Below, one piece after another: positions 25,228-27,944 of a stretch of DNA of 27,944 nt. A program made the position numbers and the translations under genes. The notes beneath the pieces were generated by a model that saw only the letters and a program-made list of their open reading frames with translations, made no database searches and was not told where the DNA came from. The first letter of the stretch is position 1; every line of letters starts with the position of its first letter. The stretch is from Candidatus Bathyarchaeia archaeon (lineage in GTDB: Archaea; Thermoproteota; Bathyarchaeia; Bathyarchaeales; Bathycorpusculaceae): the NCBI GenBank assembly GCA_049969855.1, contig JBMFOB010000018.1, positions 1 to 27,944 on the forward strand, written 5' to 3'.

Positions 25228-27681
25228 TTAATATTCGCTTACGAAGCTTATTTCGGGAAATTCTCGAATTTGTCTACCATCACCTTTCTCAGATAAAATT
25301 TCAAGTTGTAAGATTTTGCATGTTCCAGCAATGTCTTCCTTGTTTTCGCTGATTATTTGTGCAAACTCGCTCTTTCCAGCGTATATTTTAACCCGTTTAA
25401 TAGGCGAGTTCAAGGGTTTTCTCTTCTCAGCCTTTTCGCGTCTGATCTCAGTTATCAAGGCTATCACTAAGTCGCCTTTCCGCTCAGCTTCCTCATTCAC
25501 AATTTCCATTTTTACTTCTGGCCAAGGAGTTATTTGTAGGCTTTTTTGTCCTATAGCTTCTGCGTATATTGTTTGGTAAATTTCCTCTGTTATGTGAGGC
25601 GTTATAGGCGCCAGCAGCTGAATTATGCGATACAAAACATTGTAAAGAGTGAATTGGACAGCTTTCTTTTTTTGTTCTCCGTAAATTTCTGGTTTGTAAA
25701 GTCTGTCCTTCACAGCTTCGATGTATTCGTCGCAGAAAATATGCCACGTAAAATTGCGAACTTCTTCAAGGACTATGTTAAATTGGCAGTTCTCTAACGC
25801 TTCTGTAACTCTTTGCGTAACTTTCTCAAGTTTGCTCAGAATCCATTTGTCTAAAAGTTGCAAGTCGCCCTTCTCTTCTGGTTTATAGTCTCTTATTTGG
25901 GTGCCAGTGAATCGTGCCGCATTCCAAAGCTTAGTCAAGAAGCGCCTTCCATAATCCACGTCAGACCAGCGAAATGGAACATCCGAACCAGTTGCTCCAC
26001 CGCCAGCTGCCCACTGTCTCGTTGCATCTGCGCCATATTTTGAAAAAACTTCTAAGGAAGGCACATAATTGCCTAAAGACTTGTGCATCATCCGCCCGTC
26101 TGTGCCCAAAACCATGCCATTAATTAGACAACTCTTGTATGGTTTCTCATCGAACAAAGCAAGATGTCTAACCATTAAGTAGTAGGCCCATGTGCGGATA
26201 ATGTCAACGCCGGATGGATGCATATCAGCTGGGAAAAGCCTACGCCAGTCCTTCTTGTCTGGCCAGCCGGCGTGAACCGCGCATGTTATTGAGGAATCAA
26301 ACCATGTGTCTAAAACGTCTCTTTCAGGCTTGAATTTGTTTGAGCCGCATTTTGGGCATTTTGTAATTTTTGGGTTTTCTATTTTCGGGTCTATTGGTAG
26401 CCATTCTGGTTCTGCTAGAATTGTTTCGCCGCAGTTTTGGCAGTACCATATTGGTATTGGCGTTGCAAAGACCCTTTGGCGGGATATCACCCAGTCCCAG
26501 TCAAGGGATTTTGCCCAGTTTATTAGGCGATATTTCATGTAGTCTGGGTACCACTTAACTTCTAAAGCGTTCTTTTCCAGTTTGTCCGTTAGAATGCGGG
26601 TTTTCATGAACCATTGTTCTCTTTCAAGAATCTCTATTGGAGTGTGGCATCTCCAGCAAACGCCAACTTCCTGCGTAAGCGTTTCAGTCTTTTCTAATAG
26701 CCCATCATTTTTCAAATCTTCGATTATGGCTTTCTTAGCCTCTTCAATGGTTAGTCCAGCATATTTTCCAGCATTCTCCGTCATTCTGCCTTTCTCGTCT
26801 ATGCACATTATGACTGGCAAATTATGTTTTACAACACTTTTTACGTCTGCCTTGTCTCCGTAAGTGCATATCATCACTACGCCTGTTCCGAATTCTGGTT
26901 CAACAAGTTCGTCTGTTATTATTTCAACTGTCCTGTTTGTTGTTGGTACATGAATCTTTTTGCCAATATATTGTTTGTAGCGTTCGTCGTGGGGGTTTAC
27001 GGCAACTGTTACGCATGCTGGAATCAGTTCCGGTCTTGTTGTGGCTATTGTTAGGAAACCGCCGTCATCCATTTTAAACCTAATATAATGTAAGGTGGCG
27101 GTTCTCGTTTCATATTCCACTTCAGCATCTGCTATGGCTGTTTCGCATCTCGGACACCAGTTCACTGGATGCGTTCCACGGTAAATGAAACCTTTCCTAT
27201 ATAACAGAACAAAGGAGAGTTGGGTGCGCCTCCAATAGTCCGGGTCCATAGTCTTATATTCGGTTGTCCAGTCTATTGAGCATCCAAGCCTATTGATGGC
27301 TTCCTTCATAAGTCCTATATATTTTTCCACATGTTCTTCGCAAAGTTTTCTAAACTTGTCTGGCGGAATGTCTGTCTTCTTGATTTTGTGTTTCTTTTCA
27401 ACTTCCACTTCTGTTGGCAAGCCGTGGCAGTCCCATCCTTGGGGAAAATGAACATTGTATCCTCTCATGCGTTTGTAGCGGGCTACTATGTCAAAATATG
27501 TCCAATTTAACACTAAACCCATGTGAAATTCGCCAGAAGGATAAGGTGGAGGAGTGTCAATGCTAAAGGTTGGGCGCTTTTTGTCCTTCCAGTCGAAACG
27601 GTAAACACCCATCTCCTCCCACTTTTCTTGCCATTTCCTCTCAATTTCGATTGGATTGAATTCTTTAGGCAAAGACTTCAC
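25228..27681 (-). CDS. valS: Valine--tRNA ligase (archaeal type)
   Basis: IDTPPPYPSG, GWDCHGLP, WCPRCETAIADAEV, ATTRPE, FGTGVVMICTYGD, DWVISRQR, DVLDTWFDS, MHKSLGN. Confidence 0.95.
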   Translation of the reverse strand: MKSLPKEFNPIEIERKWQEKWEEMGVYRFDWKDKKRPTFSIDTPPPYPSGEFHMGLVLNWTYFDIVARYKRMRGYNVHFPQGWDCHGLPTEVEVEKKHKIKKTDIPPDKFRKLCEEHVEKYIGLMKEAINRLGCSIDWTTEYKTMDPDYWRRTQLSFVLLYRKGFIYRGTHPVNWCPRCETAIADAEVEYETRTATLHYIRFKMDDGGFLTIATTRPELIPACVTVAVNPHDERYKQYIGKKIHVPTTNRTVEIITDELVEPEFGTGVVMICTYGDKADVKSVVKHNLPVIMCIDEKGRMTENAGKYAGLTIEEAKKAIIEDLKNDGLLEKTETLTQEVGVCWRCHTPIEILEREQWFMKTRILTDKLEKNALEVKWYPDYMKYRLINWAKSLDWDWVISRQRVFATPIPIWYCQNCGETILAEPEWLPIDPKIENPKITKCPKCGSNKFKPERDVLDTWFDSSITCAVHAGWPDKKDWRRLFPADMHPSGVDIIRTWAYYLMVRHLALFDEKPYKSCLINGMVLGTDGRMMHKSLGNYVPSLEVFSKYGADATRQWAAGGGATGSDVPFRWSDVDYGRRFLTKLWNAARFTGTQIRDYKPEEKGDLQLLDKWILSKLEKVTQRVTEALENCQFNIVLEEVRNFTWHIFCDEYIEAVKDRLYKPEIYGEQKKKAVQFTLYNVLYRIIQLLAPITPHITEEIYQTIYAEAIGQKSLQITPWPEVKMEIVNEEAERKGDLVIALITEIRREKAEKRKPLNSPIKRVKIYAGKSEFAQIISENKEDIAGTCKILQLEILSEKGDGRQIREFPEISFVSEY

Positions 27682-27712
27682 GTTCCAACATCCCAGTAGC
27701 CATTAACTTTAG

Positions 27713-27726
27713 GAAAGATAAATATA
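27713..27726 (+). promoter_or_regulatory. BRE/TATA-like element (GAAAG-ATAAATATA) for the riboswitch transcript, possibly shared with divergent valS
   Basis: About 25-30 nt upstream of the aptamer 5' end. Confidence 0.5.
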
Positions 27727-27753
27727 CGAGTAAATAACAATTACCCCACCCAA

Positions 27754-27850
27754 GGTTTGAGGGAGCTGGGTTATGACCCGGCTGAGAGGACGGCTGAAAG
27801 TCGTCGACCCCTAGAACCTGACCCAGATAATACTGGCGGAGGAAAGAACC
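27754..27850 (+). ncRNA. TPP (THI-box) riboswitch aptamer
   Basis: P1 GGTTT/GAACC; P2 AGGG/CCCT; P3 GCTGGGT-TATG-ACCCGGC; invariant CTGAGA; extra hairpin GACGGC-TGAAA-GTCGTC; ACCTGA; P5 CCAG-ATAATA-CTGG; CG-G-AGG closing P4. Confidence 0.9.
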
Positions 27851-27944
27851 GTGGAACAAAATAAGAGTATTTCAAAAGCTCCGGAAACAAAGATATTCGC
27901 TGAAATGATAGTTTTCATCGCTCTTGCAGAGGCTCTGTACATTG
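27851..27944 (+). CDS. 5' part of a probable thiamine transporter (ThiT-like ECF S component), truncated by window end
   Basis: GTG start 8 nt after GGAGG. MEQNKSISKAPETKIFAEMIVFIALAEALYI resembles the T+..aE...f.AL...L first helix of ECF S components, and lies directly downstream of a TPP aptamer. Confidence 0.6.
   Translation, partial: MEQNKSISKAPETKIFAEMIVFIALAEALYI

Noticed and set aside
27665-27859. 64-aa minus-strand ORF or valS leader peptide / T-box-like element
   Set aside because: The region is fully explained by a plus-strand TPP aptamer. No T-box or Val-rich leader is visible.

Overview
Archaeal chromosomal window. A TACK lineage, probably Bathyarchaeia, is inferred from the Rio2, Sm, CdvA-like, PadR and CARDB genes, TATA/BRE promoters and BHB-intron tRNAs. 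From left to right it holds: a partial winged-HTH gene divergent from a stand-alone nurA-herA pair, with a palindromic operator between them; a PadR-led operon with two ABC exporters and a Nudix hydrolase; a vapBC pair; pyrH; an MBL hydrolase; two divergent Na+/Ca2+ exchanger paralogs; thiI; rio2; an Sm protein; hutH; a 2-hydroxyacid dehydrogenase directly behind a two-intron tRNA-Tyr(GTA) whose anticodon sits on a 7-nt exon; a small membrane ORF; a triple-CARDB surface protein; an intron-containing tRNA-Lys(TTT); a second PadR; a CdvA-like protein; an HDAC-family enzyme; a broken YbjQ gene; a class V PLP enzyme; a split GNAT; and valS. The strongest signal missing from the ORF track is at the right end: a complete TPP riboswitch aptamer (27754-27850) that contains the Shine-Dalgarno sequence and abuts the GTG start of a ThiT-like transporter gene. 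This suggests translational riboswitch control in an archaeon. Both tRNAs also carry intron segments complementary to their own exons. All family assignments come from motif recognition by eye, not from database searches.
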